NCBI GenBank assembly: GCA_964448685.1
Contig: CAYUWR010000015.1
Span: forward strand, 2,217-66,216
DNA: 64,000 nucleotides
Source of the DNA: an uncultured Nitrososphaeria archaeon
GTDB lineage: Archaea; Thermoproteota; Nitrososphaeria; JACIWG01
Direction: 5' to 3'
Under the pieces are notes generated by a model that worked only from the letters and a program-made list of their open reading frames with translations, ran no database searches and was not told the origin of the DNA. A program made the translations under genes and the position numbers. Shown here piece after piece: positions 39,615-48,961 of this stretch (position 1 is the first letter of the stretch; each line of letters starts with the position of its first letter).

Positions 39615-40276
39615 CTCCCCTTTCTGACCCACACAACAGAGGCAACCTTCTTGCTGATGGGACGATCTTGCCCATCCACCTTCACTATCATCGATCCATC
39701 AAACGCTATCTTTTCTATGACTTCAACATCGGCCCCTGGGACAAGTTTGATCGCCATGAGGTAGTTGAGTATATCTTCGTCTTCGTCCACGATCTTCGTG
39801 ACCACACTTTTTCCCCCTACATGGAGGGCTTCAAGAGGCTGTGCCGCCTCCTCCAAGCCACCGCAGGCAGTAGGGATAGGGTTCCCGTGAGGGCAGGTCT
39901 TCGGATGCCCTAGTGCCTTCTCAAGGGGTTTGACTAGGTCGTCACTTATTGCATGCTCAAGCCCGCAGGCCTGCTTATGGAGCCTACTCCAATCGAGCTT
40001 GAGAAAATCGGATAGCATGCATTCCACCAGCCGATGCCTTCTAACTACATCTACGGCTATTTTATGCCCCTTCTCTGTCAGCTTCGCACCCTTATAGGGT
40101 TCGTGGACTACGAGGTCGTTCTGCTCCAGCGTCTCTATGGTATTTGTCACCGTCCCCAAGCTTACACCCAGCAGGTCCGCCAGCTGCTTCGTTCTGACAA
40201 CACCATATTCGTTTTCAAGTCTGTAGATCTGTTCAAGATATTCCTCTATTGTTGGGGAGACGACCAGCCTAGACAT
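39611..40276 (-). CDS. DtxR/IdeR family metal-dependent repressor with FeoA domain
   Basis: EEYLEQIY, RRHRLVE, LEHA, CPHGNPIP. Confidence 0.92.
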   Translation of the reverse strand: MSRLVVSPTIEEYLEQIYRLENEYGVVRTKQLADLLGVSLGTVTNTIETLEQNDLVVHEPYKGAKLTEKGHKIAVDVVRRHRLVECMLSDFLKLDWSRLHKQACGLEHAISDDLVKPLEKALGHPKTCPHGNPIPTACGGLEEAAQPLEALHVGGKSVVTKIVDEDEDILNYLMAIKLVPGADVEVIEKIAFDGSMIVKVDGQDRPISKKVASVVWVRKGR

Positions 40277-40476
40277 CGGCGAAAGTACGACTAGCCAAAT
40301 TTATATATTTTTTTACTCGTAAATGAGGGTTTGGGGGACAGGGCGCCGAAGATGCCCACAAGGCTTCTCTATCTCTTGCAGCCAAGGACTCCAAGATGAT
40401 TGCCTAAACGGAGACTGTAATGGCATGCTGCTCGGTTACGTTACCTTTGAGAACAAGAGGTTTTCTAGTATGACAA

Positions 40477-40830
40477 TTAGTCTCCTAAACTTTCCCCTCC
40501 TCCATCGACGTCTTGAGAAGACATCTTGTATTCGGTGATATGTAGTGGCCGCCCCTCGCTGAGAGCTTGAGCAGCCTTCCTTCTGGCATTTTGTAGAAGC
40601 CTCCAAACAGTGCCCCTTGACACCATCATTTTTCGGCCAGCCTCCTCTTGAGATAACCCCTCTTGATCCACTAGGCGGAAGGCTTCCAATTCAGCTGGAC
40701 TTATGTGGACAGGCTCAAGATTTTGTAAGGGTAGGGGGGCGAACCTTTCTATGGCTGGGCTTCTCTCGATGTTTATCGGTTTCGGAAGCCTACCTCGTCT
40801 TCCATGTCTGTGTCTGTGCCTGTAGCTCAT
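40477..40830 (-). CDS. DUF134 family HTH protein
   Basis: ELEAFRLVDQEGLSQEEAGRKMMVSRGTVWRLLQNARRK. Confidence 0.88.
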   Translation of the reverse strand: MSYRHRHRHGRRGRLPKPINIERSPAIERFAPLPLQNLEPVHISPAELEAFRLVDQEGLSQEEAGRKMMVSRGTVWRLLQNARRKAAQALSEGRPLHITEYKMSSQDVDGGGESLGD

Positions 40831-40872
40831 GTGCCATCAGTGGGTTTGACCCTGCCCACCTTTATATATTTT

Positions 40873-40911
40873 TGTGCTTATGCAAAAAATATAAATATGT
40901 GCATATGCACA
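40873..40911. promoter_or_regulatory. Tandem palindromic operator TGTGCATATGCACA
   Basis: Perfect 14-bp palindrome at 40898-40911 and a 12/14 copy at 40873-40886, with a TATA-like AATATAAATA between them. Confidence 0.7.
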
Positions 40912-40930
40912 CAATATGCGGTGACAAAGT

Positions 40931-41149
40931 ATGGGATGGAGAGGATTTGGAAGAGGATATGGCATGTGGCCTGGAAGAGGCCCCTTCAGCTATCTACCCC
41001 CATGGCAGAGACCAGGATGGCTTTTCGGAAGAGGGGCATGCTGGTGGTTACTTCCATACATTTACATGTATGGCTACCCACAATATCAGTACTCTAGTGC
41101 TTTCTATGGTACACCCTATCTTCCGCCAACACAATACTATAGGAGGTGA
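40931..41149 (+). CDS. Small Gly/Trp/Tyr/Pro-rich protein (DUF5320-like)
   Basis: WPGRGPFSYLPPWQRPGWLFGRGACWW. GGTGA SD upstream. Confidence 0.75.
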   Translation: MGWRGFGRGYGMWPGRGPFSYLPPWQRPGWLFGRGACWWLLPYIYMYGYPQYQYSSAFYGTPYLPPTQYYRR

Positions 41150-41154
41150 ATCTT

Positions 41155-41667
41155 ATGGGATACCGTAGAAGAAACATGTATTATCTCACAGGAATCCCGG
41201 GATGGATGAGGTTCGGGTACTCGCCTGGTTGGGTGGGCAGATCGCCGACCGGCCTACCACCTACGGCAGAATGGATAATGTCGAGTGGTCTGATGCCTCA
41301 ATTTAGAGAATATCTGAGAACCGGAAGAACATCGCCTGCGGCTGCACCTTATCCTACAGGTGTTGGAGTGAGCAGAGAAGAAGAGGTCAGGATGTTAGAG
41401 GAGCAGGCGAAAGCCATAGAATCTCAGCTTGATGCTACAAAGAAGAGGTTGGAGACATTGAGGAAGAATAGTTCAACCGAACAGTCTCAGAGCAGCCTAT
41501 TTGCATCCTATGGATATCCGCCGACGCTCTCTCCCGAAGAGGAGCTGGCTTCACTGGAGGACTACAGGAAAAGACTTGACGAGGAAGTGAAGGATGTGGA
41601 TGCGAGAATCGGGGAGTTGAAGAGGCTCCGTGAGGGAAAGGCTTCGACAGAGAAGAAGGTGAGCTAG
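41155..41667 (+). CDS. DUF5320-like protein with two coiled-coil modules
   Basis: YYLTGIPGWMRFGYSPGW, SREEEVRMLEEQ and SPEEELASLED. GGAGGTG SD upstream. Confidence 0.8.
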   Translation: MGYRRRNMYYLTGIPGWMRFGYSPGWVGRSPTGLPPTAEWIMSSGLMPQFREYLRTGRTSPAAAPYPTGVGVSREEEVRMLEEQAKAIESQLDATKKRLETLRKNSSTEQSQSSLFASYGYPPTLSPEEELASLEDYRKRLDEEVKDVDARIGELKRLREGKASTEKKVS

Positions 41668-41671
41668 ATAG

Positions 41672-41917
41672 ATGCCATATGGAATTGGACCATTCGGCTG
41701 GTTCATGTACCCATACTGGGGTAGGTGCAGATGGTTCCCTTGGCTTCCGAGACGGTGGTGGACTGGCATATATGGGCCGATAACGCCGTATACTGCACCA
41801 TATTGGATGCCTCCGATATCCAAAGAAGATGAGATAGCCATGCTGGAGGATGAGGCCAAGATCCTCGAACAGGAGCTTGAATTCATAAGAAAAAGGCTGG
41901 AGGAGCTCAAGAAGTAG
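41672..41917 (+). CDS. DUF5320-like small protein
   Basis: GRCRWFPWLPRRWW plus SKEDEIAMLEDEAKILEQEL. Confidence 0.8.
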   Translation: MPYGIGPFGWFMYPYWGRCRWFPWLPRRWWTGIYGPITPYTAPYWMPPISKEDEIAMLEDEAKILEQELEFIRKRLEELKK

Positions 41918-41926
41918 GTGTGGGAC

Positions 41927-42517
41927 ATGAAGGTAGCGGTAACAGCGACAGACGACAGCTTGGATGCCCAAATAGATCCTAGATTTGGCAGATGCCAGTA
42001 CTTCTTGATCGTGGACACCGAGACGATGGAGTTTGAAGCCATCGAAAACACTGCAGTGAACGAGGTAAGTGGCGCTGGCATTCAAGCAGCTCAGACGATC
42101 GCGTCCAAAGGAGCTCAGGTAGTAATAACGGGAAGCGTCGGCCCTAACGCTTACCAAGTGTTGTCGTTGGCCAAGATCAAGATCGTCTCCAGTGTATATG
42201 GCACAGTCAGAAACGCAGTCGAACGCTTCAAAAGAGGAGAATTCAAAGAAGGTCTAGCCCCAAATCCTGTAGGGGGCAGAATGCGAGGCATGGGTGCAGG
42301 TAGAGGGATGGGGCGGACGATGGGCGTGGGTCAAGAGACTGGCGGAAACATTCGAGGAGAGTTTCCAGCTGGCTTCCGAAGGCCTTTCGCTCTAGGAGAG
42401 CCAACTTCGAAAGAAGAAGAAATCTCGATGCTGGAGCATCAAATGGAAATCTTGAAGCAGCAGCTGGAGCAGATCAAGGAAAGGCTTGACAGACTGAAAG
42501 GCTCCACTCCGCACTGA
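41927..42517 (+). CDS. NifB/NifX-like (FeMo-co binding fold) protein with DUF5320-type tail
   Basis: DPRFGRCQYF, GAGIQAAQ, GSVGPNA, then GRGMG repeats and SKEEEISMLEHQ. Confidence 0.88.
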   Translation: MKVAVTATDDSLDAQIDPRFGRCQYFLIVDTETMEFEAIENTAVNEVSGAGIQAAQTIASKGAQVVITGSVGPNAYQVLSLAKIKIVSSVYGTVRNAVERFKRGEFKEGLAPNPVGGRMRGMGAGRGMGRTMGVGQETGGNIRGEFPAGFRRPFALGEPTSKEEEISMLEHQMEILKQQLEQIKERLDRLKGSTPH

Positions 42518-42535
42518 CCTCATAGGTGGATACAG

Positions 42536-42916
42536 TTGGGAAAGGTTAGGGTAGCTTTGCCAACCAAGGATGACAAGGGTTTGGATGATGAAGTATCTGA
42601 GATGTTCGGCAAAGCAAAGACGATCACCATCGTAGACATCTCAGACGGGAAGATAGAGAAAGTCAAGATGATTCAGAATCCAGCTGCATCTTTCAGGTTC
42701 GGAGCAGGCCCTATCCTGGTGAAGACCCTAGTTGACATGCGGACAGACGTCATAGTAGCCGGAGAACTCGGCCCAGGCGCCTCAGCGTTGATCGAAGACC
42801 ATAAGATGTGCAAGGTCACCGTGAAGCCCGGTACAAGAGTGAGAGAAGCCATAAAGATCGCTGAACCCAGATTCGTCAAAATACGTTCCAGAGATTTCGA
42901 AGATAGCAGCAGTTGA
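42536..42916 (+). CDS. NifB/NifX-like protein
   Basis: VSEMFGKAK, NPA...GAGP, GELGPGA. Confidence 0.85.
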   Translation: MGKVRVALPTKDDKGLDDEVSEMFGKAKTITIVDISDGKIEKVKMIQNPAASFRFGAGPILVKTLVDMRTDVIVAGELGPGASALIEDHKMCKVTVKPGTRVREAIKIAEPRFVKIRSRDFEDSSS

Positions 42917-42999
42917 CACCGTTATGTGGGATGTCGATTGGGTTAAGTGTTATTATAGAAAAGACTTAAATACCAATTCTAGGTGTTGTCGGTATCTAG

Positions 43000-43278
43000 G
43001 TGCTTGAGGTGGTTAAGGTAAAGACGAGCATTTACGTGGATAAGGAACTGTGGGAGAAATTCAAATTGCAGGCATCAAAGAGGGGAACAGAAATAACTCG
43101 AATGCTCGAGGATATGATCAGAGACGAGATGGTTGACAGTTTTCTAAATCAGATGATAGCGGATACAGGAGAGTCTGAAGACTACAAAATAGAATTTGAA
43201 CCGGTTGAACCTGAAAAAGGGCTTGTAAGCGAATTGGTCAGGGATATGAGAGATGGAAGAGACAATAGTGTATCTTGA
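43000..43278 (+). CDS. Ribbon-helix-helix antitoxin
   Basis: KTSIYVDKELWEKFK. Overlaps the PIN gene. Confidence 0.78.
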   Translation: MLEVVKVKTSIYVDKELWEKFKLQASKRGTEITRMLEDMIRDEMVDSFLNQMIADTGESEDYKIEFEPVEPEKGLVSELVRDMRDGRDNSVS

Positions 43279-43708
43279 TTCAAGCAGCACAATAAAGAGA
43301 TACATAATGGAGCCGGGAAGCACGCTTGTAAAGAACGTGTACCAGAAAGCGTATTCGGGAGAAGTGACATTAGCTTTCAGCACATGGAACATAGGAGAAA
43401 TCCTCGGAGCATTTGATAAAGCGAAGATGCAAGATAGGCTGTCCCTGCAGAAATATATGGCTTCAAAGAAACGTTTTCTATTTGAAGCAAGAAGGCTTGT
43501 GAAACTTGGTATCCTGCTGCTGGTTCCAGCCAAAACTGGACTTCTTTCCGAAAGCTGGAAGCTGATAGAAAAACATCACGTATACCAAGCTGATGCCCTT
43601 CAGATAGTTTCAGCAAAGGCAGTGGACGCATCAGAATTTTTAACGAGCGATAAAGGTCTCTTTGAGATTGCAAAGAAAGAGAAACTGAACAGCACATATA
43701 CAGCCTGA
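43253..43708 (+). CDS. VapC PIN-domain toxin
   Basis: YLDSS..IKRY..EPGS, NIGE, ADALQIVSA, TSD. Confidence 0.88.
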   Translation: MEETIVYLDSSSTIKRYIMEPGSTLVKNVYQKAYSGEVTLAFSTWNIGEILGAFDKAKMQDRLSLQKYMASKKRFLFEARRLVKLGILLLVPAKTGLLSESWKLIEKHHVYQADALQIVSAKAVDASEFLTSDKGLFEIAKKEKLNSTYTA

Positions 43709-43830
43709 AACCTTCTTAATCTCAGTTCAGCAAAAAGATAAGATTTAAGACGCAAACTTCCGGAGAATGTGATGGTGTGTAGGATTGCAGACGACACAGA
43801 GGCTGATGGGAATTCCTTCATCGAATTTTC

Positions 43831-44157
43831 ATGGTGAATTCGATGTTTAGTGGGAAAAAACTGGCTCTCAAAATAAGGCCAACAGATAATGTTGCAACGG
43901 TACTAGATGACGTTGTGAAGGGAGACATCGTCCACGTTAGGTCTGCAGACAGCAGCGAAGACCGCATGTTAGAGGCGAGAGAAAACGTGCCTTTCGGCTT
44001 CAAGGTTTCTCTAAGCGACATTCAGAAAGGCGAACACATAATAAAGTATGGCGAGATAATCGGTAAAGCAAGCGATTTTATAGGCGAAGGCTGCCTTGTC
44101 CACGTCCACAACGTTGAAGGTCTGAGAGGACGGGGCGACCTAGAAAAGACGGGTTGA
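43831..44157 (+). CDS. UxaA/GarD family dehydratase small (SAF) subunit
   Basis: DNVAT, PFGFKV, IKYGEIIG, VHVHNV..RGRGD. Confidence 0.88.
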   Translation: MVNSMFSGKKLALKIRPTDNVATVLDDVVKGDIVHVRSADSSEDRMLEARENVPFGFKVSLSDIQKGEHIIKYGEIIGKASDFIGEGCLVHVHNVEGLRGRGDLEKTG

Positions 44158-44163
44158 AAAAAG

Positions 44164-45348
44164 TTGACGTTCCTAGGCTACCAGAGACCTGACGGGTCCA
44201 TTGGTGTAAGAAACCATGTCCTAATCATACCGGGAGGAGTCATTTCCGAGGCAGTATGCAAATTTGTCGCAGGATGCAAGACCATAATTACAGCAGACGG
44301 TGGCAGTGGAAGGAGCAAAAAAGATAGGGAGACGATCGCTAGAACACTTGTAGGCTTGGGCAGAAATCCAAATGTAGCATCTGTCATCGTTCACGGTAGA
44401 AGTGTTGGGGCAGGATACCCAGAACTTGACGTGAACAGGTTGGCGGATGAGATATCTAAGTCAGGGAAGAGAGTTGAAGTACTTGACAGCCCTAATGCTT
44501 CAACTTTAGACTTGATCTGCAAGGGAATCGACCTAGCCAGAGAAATGGTCTATGATGCGTCCAAGCTTAGAAGAAGAGAATTCGATGACAGCAACCTCTG
44601 CCTTGGCGTAAAATGCGGCGCTTCAGATACCACTTCAGGTATCGTCGGCAACCCTGTTGTAGGATATGTATTCGACAAACTCGTCTTGAAAGGAGGGACA
44701 GCCTTCTTTGGAGAGAACACGGAAATAATTGGCGCCGAACATATCCTCGCAAAGAGAGCCGCCGACGGTCTGGTGGCAACCGAAATCTTGAAAGTTGCAA
44801 GGGAAACAGAGGAAAGAGCGTTGGCTATCGGGGAAGACATTCGCACGATAAACCCTGTACCAGCAAACATTGCAGGAGGAATCACAACCCTAGAAGAGAA
44901 GTCTCTAGGCGCCATAGAGAAGTCTGGGTCGATGCCGATCAAGGGCGTGCTAAAGTATGCAGAAGCACCAAGATCAAGAGGCCTATATTTCGTAGACAAC
45001 TGGATGAGCATGCTCTCAATATTTCTTGGATATGCTGCGTCAGGAGCTCAGATCGTGCTTTTCCAACTTGGAGGCGGCGGACTCTCTAGTGACACCATAC
45101 TATACAGCTCAGGCGGGGTCGTCTCACCACTCTTGTGGCTTACAGCGAACCCGCAAACCTACGGAAGGTTCGGGTGGAAGCTGGACTTCTATTCAGGAAC
45201 TGCTATAGAAGGGAAGGAGACGATACAGCAGGTCGGCGAGAGATTATATGAGCTTATATTGGACGTGGCTTCAGGCACCATGACAAAAACCGAGACGCTC
45301 ACCTATGTCGAACCAAACCAGGTCTACACCAGAGAACCGATGCTCTAA
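44164..45348 (+). CDS. UxaA/GarD family dehydratase large subunit (divergent)
   Basis: GYQRPDGSIGVRNHV, NPNV, KCGASDTTSG..NP, GGITTLEEKSLGAI.K.G. Confidence 0.85.
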   Translation: MTFLGYQRPDGSIGVRNHVLIIPGGVISEAVCKFVAGCKTIITADGGSGRSKKDRETIARTLVGLGRNPNVASVIVHGRSVGAGYPELDVNRLADEISKSGKRVEVLDSPNASTLDLICKGIDLAREMVYDASKLRRREFDDSNLCLGVKCGASDTTSGIVGNPVVGYVFDKLVLKGGTAFFGENTEIIGAEHILAKRAADGLVATEILKVARETEERALAIGEDIRTINPVPANIAGGITTLEEKSLGAIEKSGSMPIKGVLKYAEAPRSRGLYFVDNWMSMLSIFLGYAASGAQIVLFQLGGGGLSSDTILYSSGGVVSPLLWLTANPQTYGRFGWKLDFYSGTAIEGKETIQQVGERLYELILDVASGTMTKTETLTYVEPNQVYTREPML

Positions 45349-45402
45349 AGCACTAAACACGTGTAATCTTGACACCTAGACGATCGGACAGCACCAACAT
45401 TA

Positions 45403-46146
45403 TTACTTGAACCGCCCTTGAAGAAGCCTCATAGCAGGCAAGATAAAGATAACGAGGAAGCCTAAAAGTACTATGGCATCAGCAAAGATCACATCGCCAG
45501 GGTTCAGAGAGAAGGCTCCCCTTAGACCGTCTACAGTATAGGTAAGGGGCATCAGATAGGCTAAATACTGTAGTGCTGACGGCATAGCAGAAATTGGGTA
45601 GACAACACCACACAAGAACACCATTATGAAGCGTGGCAGGTTAAGTAAGGTCTGAGCTTCGAACACTTCCTTCACCATAACACAAAGAAGTGCGCCTAGA
45701 GACGAGAAAACCAAAAGAGAAGGAACAACGATTAAAGCCATATACAGCACTCCAACACCGGAAAGGCCTAAAGCCAAGACGATGCCGACGGTAACCACTG
45801 TCGTCATCAAAAACCCAAAGATAGCGCCCCCAAATATCTTTCCAAACAGTACTGCCTGCAAGCTGATTGGCGCGAGGAGCAGTCTCTCAAGAGAGCCCAG
45901 CCGCAGCTCAAAATTGATGACAACAGCCTCCGCAGCTGTCGTGCTAAATAAGATGGTCATCGCGACAAGGCCTGGCACCAGCTGCTTGAAGTCGAGAGGA
46001 CTTCTTAAGTAGAAGGCTAGAGTCCAGGCGAATGGAAAGACAATCCCCCAGCTGATCGATGGCGGCTTAAGGTAGTATGTTTTCATGTCCTTTAAAGCGA
46101 TGTAGAATATTCCACGCAAGTCGTCACGTAACAATTCATTTTCCAC
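45403..46146 (-). CDS. ABC-2 type transporter permease
   Basis: About six TM helices, ERLLLAPIS, FLCGVVYPI, PLTY.VDGLR. Confidence 0.9.
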   Translation of the reverse strand: MENELLRDDLRGIFYIALKDMKTYYLKPPSISWGIVFPFAWTLAFYLRSPLDFKQLVPGLVAMTILFSTTAAEAVVINFELRLGSLERLLLAPISLQAVLFGKIFGGAIFGFLMTTVVTVGIVLALGLSGVGVLYMALIVVPSLLVFSSLGALLCVMVKEVFEAQTLLNLPRFIMVFLCGVVYPISAMPSALQYLAYLMPLTYTVDGLRGAFSLNPGDVIFADAIVLLGFLVIFILPAMRLLQGRFK

Positions 46147-47113
46147 CCCCTTTTTCTATCGCCATAATAGTTGGGCTCAAACCTGTGATCTTCATGAATG
46201 CATCTTCCAAGCTTGGCTTGATGCAGTTTATTTCGTCGATTTCAACTTCTTCATCCTTAGAATACTGAATCACCTTCTCAAGCACATCCACTGGAACGCC
46301 GCCAGATACACGAACCCTGTTATGGTTTGCTAAAGAAACCTTAAGTTGTGGCATCCTCGCAGAAAGCCCTTCAACGGTCTTCGAGGACAACTGCTTGAAA
46401 GAGATTTCGATCACAGACTCTTCTTCCGCCAAAGCCTTTAAGTTGTCAGGGGTGTCGGTTGTAAGCACCTTCCCCTTGACGAGGATCCCGATGCGGTCAC
46501 ATAGAAGGTCAGCTTCTTCCAAGTAGTGGGTGGTGAGGAAGATTGTCACACCTTCACGTCGGAGGTTGTCGATCAGGATCCGCATGGAACGGGCTGCAAC
46601 AACATCCAATCCAGCCGTAGGCTCGTCGAGAAAAAGCAGCCTAGGTCTATGTATCAAGGCGGCTGCGATTGTCAACGCACGCTTCATACCACGTGAAAAG
46701 GTACCGAAAGGATCATCCTTTCGCCCGTAGAGGCCGAAGCTTTTCAAGAGCCCTTCAACCCTTGTTCTACGCTCGCTATGTGGTACACCATAAAGTCGAG
46801 CGGTGAACAAAAGGTTGTCGAAAGCTGAAAGCTCATCGTACAGATTCGAGACTTCGGGGACAACGCCGAAATACTTCTTTGCTTCAACGATCTCCGATCT
46901 GATATCAAAGCCAAGGACGTGAGCATTGCCGGCGGTAGGTTTAGACAGACCAGCAAGCATGCGGATAATTGTAGTCTTACCGGCTCCGTTAGGGCCTAGA
47001 AGGCCAAAGACTTCACCTTTATAGACCTCCAGGTTGACGCCATCGACCGCCACGACTTGCTCGTACACCTTTTTCAAGCCTTCTGCATCAACGACTTTTT
47101 CCACAATTGTCAC
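46136..47113 (-). CDS. ABC transporter ATP-binding protein (DrrA-like)
   Basis: GPNGAGKTT, FSRGMK, LDEPT, THY, SLEDAF. Confidence 0.93.
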   Translation of the reverse strand: MTIVEKVVDAEGLKKVYEQVVAVDGVNLEVYKGEVFGLLGPNGAGKTTIIRMLAGLSKPTAGNAHVLGFDIRSEIVEAKKYFGVVPEVSNLYDELSAFDNLLFTARLYGVPHSERRTRVEGLLKSFGLYGRKDDPFGTFSRGMKRALTIAAALIHRPRLLFLDEPTAGLDVVAARSMRILIDNLRREGVTIFLTTHYLEEADLLCDRIGILVKGKVLTTDTPDNLKALAEEESVIEISFKQLSSKTVEGLSARMPQLKVSLANHNRVRVSGGVPVDVLEKVIQYSKDEEVEIDEINCIKPSLEDAFMKITGLSPTIMAIEKGGGK

Positions 47114-48089
47114 CTTTGAGTGGATCAGCCAACTTCATGGCATAGTATTCCTTTCCCTCATATTCAAGCCTAACAATCTTCTCTTCTCTTAAAAGTTTCT
47201 CGATTGTCTGCCAGCTCATCCCTGCCTTCTTCAGAAAATCCTCGACAGCCTCCTTCCGCATAGGATGTACCGCGATTATATTCAACAGGCTGTCCTCGAC
47301 ATTTCCAGAAACAGTGAAATCGTTTCCCTCATATCCTATCAAGAGTTCAACCCTCTCCGAACCCAACTTCTCGGAGAAACGCTGAAAGGCAGCGTTGACC
47401 GTTTCTTCCCTGGCCGGTCTGATCCACCTTTCCGTTGGCGGTCTGGTTGGAGAGGCTATGTAGGCTCTATCCAGCCTCTTGAGAGCTGCCAAGTATCCTG
47501 CTATCCGCTCGAATTCATTTCCATATGCGACTTCGTTGATCAACATCGTCTCACTTACGACTGTACCTTTGAATTCTTCAACGAACTTGGCTATACCCTC
47601 TAGGATGGCCTGCAAGCTTAGATCGACATGGGGCCTGTTTATTCTCCTCCACAGACGTTCATCTAAGGCATCCACCTTCAGGGAGACATAGTCGGCCTTA
47701 AGCAGATCTTCTCTGACACTGTCATTGTATGTGAGTGAAGCGTTTGTTATCACAGCAACAGGTGTTCCTATAGACTTGAGAAGAGAAATTTCTTCACCGA
47801 GGTTTAGGTCTAAAGTTGGTTCACCATCTGGCACAAATGTCAGATAATCAATTCTACCATTCTCGGATTTGATAGCTTCAACCCTTCTTCTAACCGCCTT
47901 AAAGACTTCATTCGGATCAAAGAATTTTTGCCTATCCACCGTCATGTTTGTTGTCCTGCCAACCTGACAGTAGACACATGAATATGAGCATGTCTTCGCT
48001 GGAATATTGTTAATTCCCAGGCTTCGACCAAGTCGCCTTGACGGCACAGGCCCAAAAATCAGACCGCTAGTACACGCCAAAAACATCAA
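47088..48089 (-). CDS. Radical SAM protein
   Basis: FGPVPSRRLGRSLGIN, CSYSCVYCQ, DGEPTL. Confidence 0.9.
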   Translation of the reverse strand: MMFLACTSGLIFGPVPSRRLGRSLGINNIPAKTCSYSCVYCQVGRTTNMTVDRQKFFDPNEVFKAVRRRVEAIKSENGRIDYLTFVPDGEPTLDLNLGEEISLLKSIGTPVAVITNASLTYNDSVREDLLKADYVSLKVDALDERLWRRINRPHVDLSLQAILEGIAKFVEEFKGTVVSETMLINEVAYGNEFERIAGYLAALKRLDRAYIASPTRPPTERWIRPAREETVNAAFQRFSEKLGSERVELLIGYEGNDFTVSGNVEDSLLNIIAVHPMRKEAVEDFLKKAGMSWQTIEKLLREEKIVRLEYEGKEYYAMKLADPLKGDNCGKSR

Positions 48090-48961
48090 CCTTTCTCCAT
48101 CACGACCTCATACACTCTCTTCCATATTCTGCCCAGCTGTTGAGCCACATCACTTGATGGAGAATATTCTATGACAGGTTCAGCGTTGACCATCGCTTCC
48201 GTGACAACAGGATCGAATGGAATCCTTCCTACAACTTCTACACCCATCATCCTACAGTAATCCATTATCCTTTCAGTATTCTCGCTATTTATGTCGTACA
48301 TGTTCACACAGACCAAGGGAAGTATGTTAAAGTGAGCCAGCAGATCTAATGCCCTCTTAAGATCATGGATACCTGAAATCGAAGGCTCGGTGACGATCAT
48401 ACCCACATCTGCTCCCGTGATCGAAGCTATGACAGGGCATCCGATGCCGGGCGCACCATCCACTAGGATCAAGCTGGCATGCTCTCTCTCAGCCACTACT
48501 CTAGCATTCTGTCTAACCAAGGCCACAAGCTTACCTGAGTTAGCTTCGCCTGGGGCCAGCATTGCGTGGACCATAAACCCACGTTCTGTCTTCGAGACAT
48601 AGACATGCCCTGAAATCCTCTCCTGCAACACTATGGAGCCTGTTGGGCACACGAGGGCGCAGACACCACAGCCTTCACAGGCAAAAGGATTAACTTTGAG
48701 CTCTCCTGTGATAGCGTTAAATCTACATTTATCGCGACACAGGCCACACCTGGCACATTTCGTCTGGTCGATGGCGGCCAACTTTGAACCTCTAAACTCC
48801 ACGGTTCTGATGGGTTTGGGATGCAAGAGGATGTGAAGATCTGGTGCGTCAACATCACAGTCTGCCACTACAACACCTTCTGCGAGGGCCGCGAAGGAAG
48901 CCGTTATCGTCGTCTTACCTGTTCCCCCCTTGCCACTTAGAATCGTCAGCTGCTTGATCAT
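48086..48961 (-). CDS. MinD-superfamily P-loop ATPase with 4Fe-4S insert
   Basis: SGKGGTGKTT, DCDVDAP, two CxxCxxCxxxC, NSGKLV, PGIGCPV. Start at ATG 48961. Confidence 0.9.
   Translation of the reverse strand: MIKQLTILSGKGGTGKTTITASFAALAEGVVVADCDVDAPDLHILLHPKPIRTVEFRGSKLAAIDQTKCARCGLCRDKCRFNAITGELKVNPFACEGCGVCALVCPTGSIVLQERISGHVYVSKTERGFMVHAMLAPGEANSGKLVALVRQNARVVAEREHASLILVDGAPGIGCPVIASITGADVGMIVTEPSISGIHDLKRALDLLAHFNILPLVCVNMYDINSENTERIMDYCRMMGVEVVGRIPFDPVVTEAMVNAEPVIEYSPSSDVAQQLGRIWKRVYEVVMEKG

Noticed and set aside
40277-40330. Expected DtxR operator upstream of dtxR-feoAB
   Set aside because: A TATA-like element is present, but I could not find a convincing palindrome.
40617-42157. Long alternative-frame ORFs (40617-41168, 41435-42157, 41551-42081)
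   Set aside because: Shadows of the better-supported DUF134, DUF5320-type and NifX genes.
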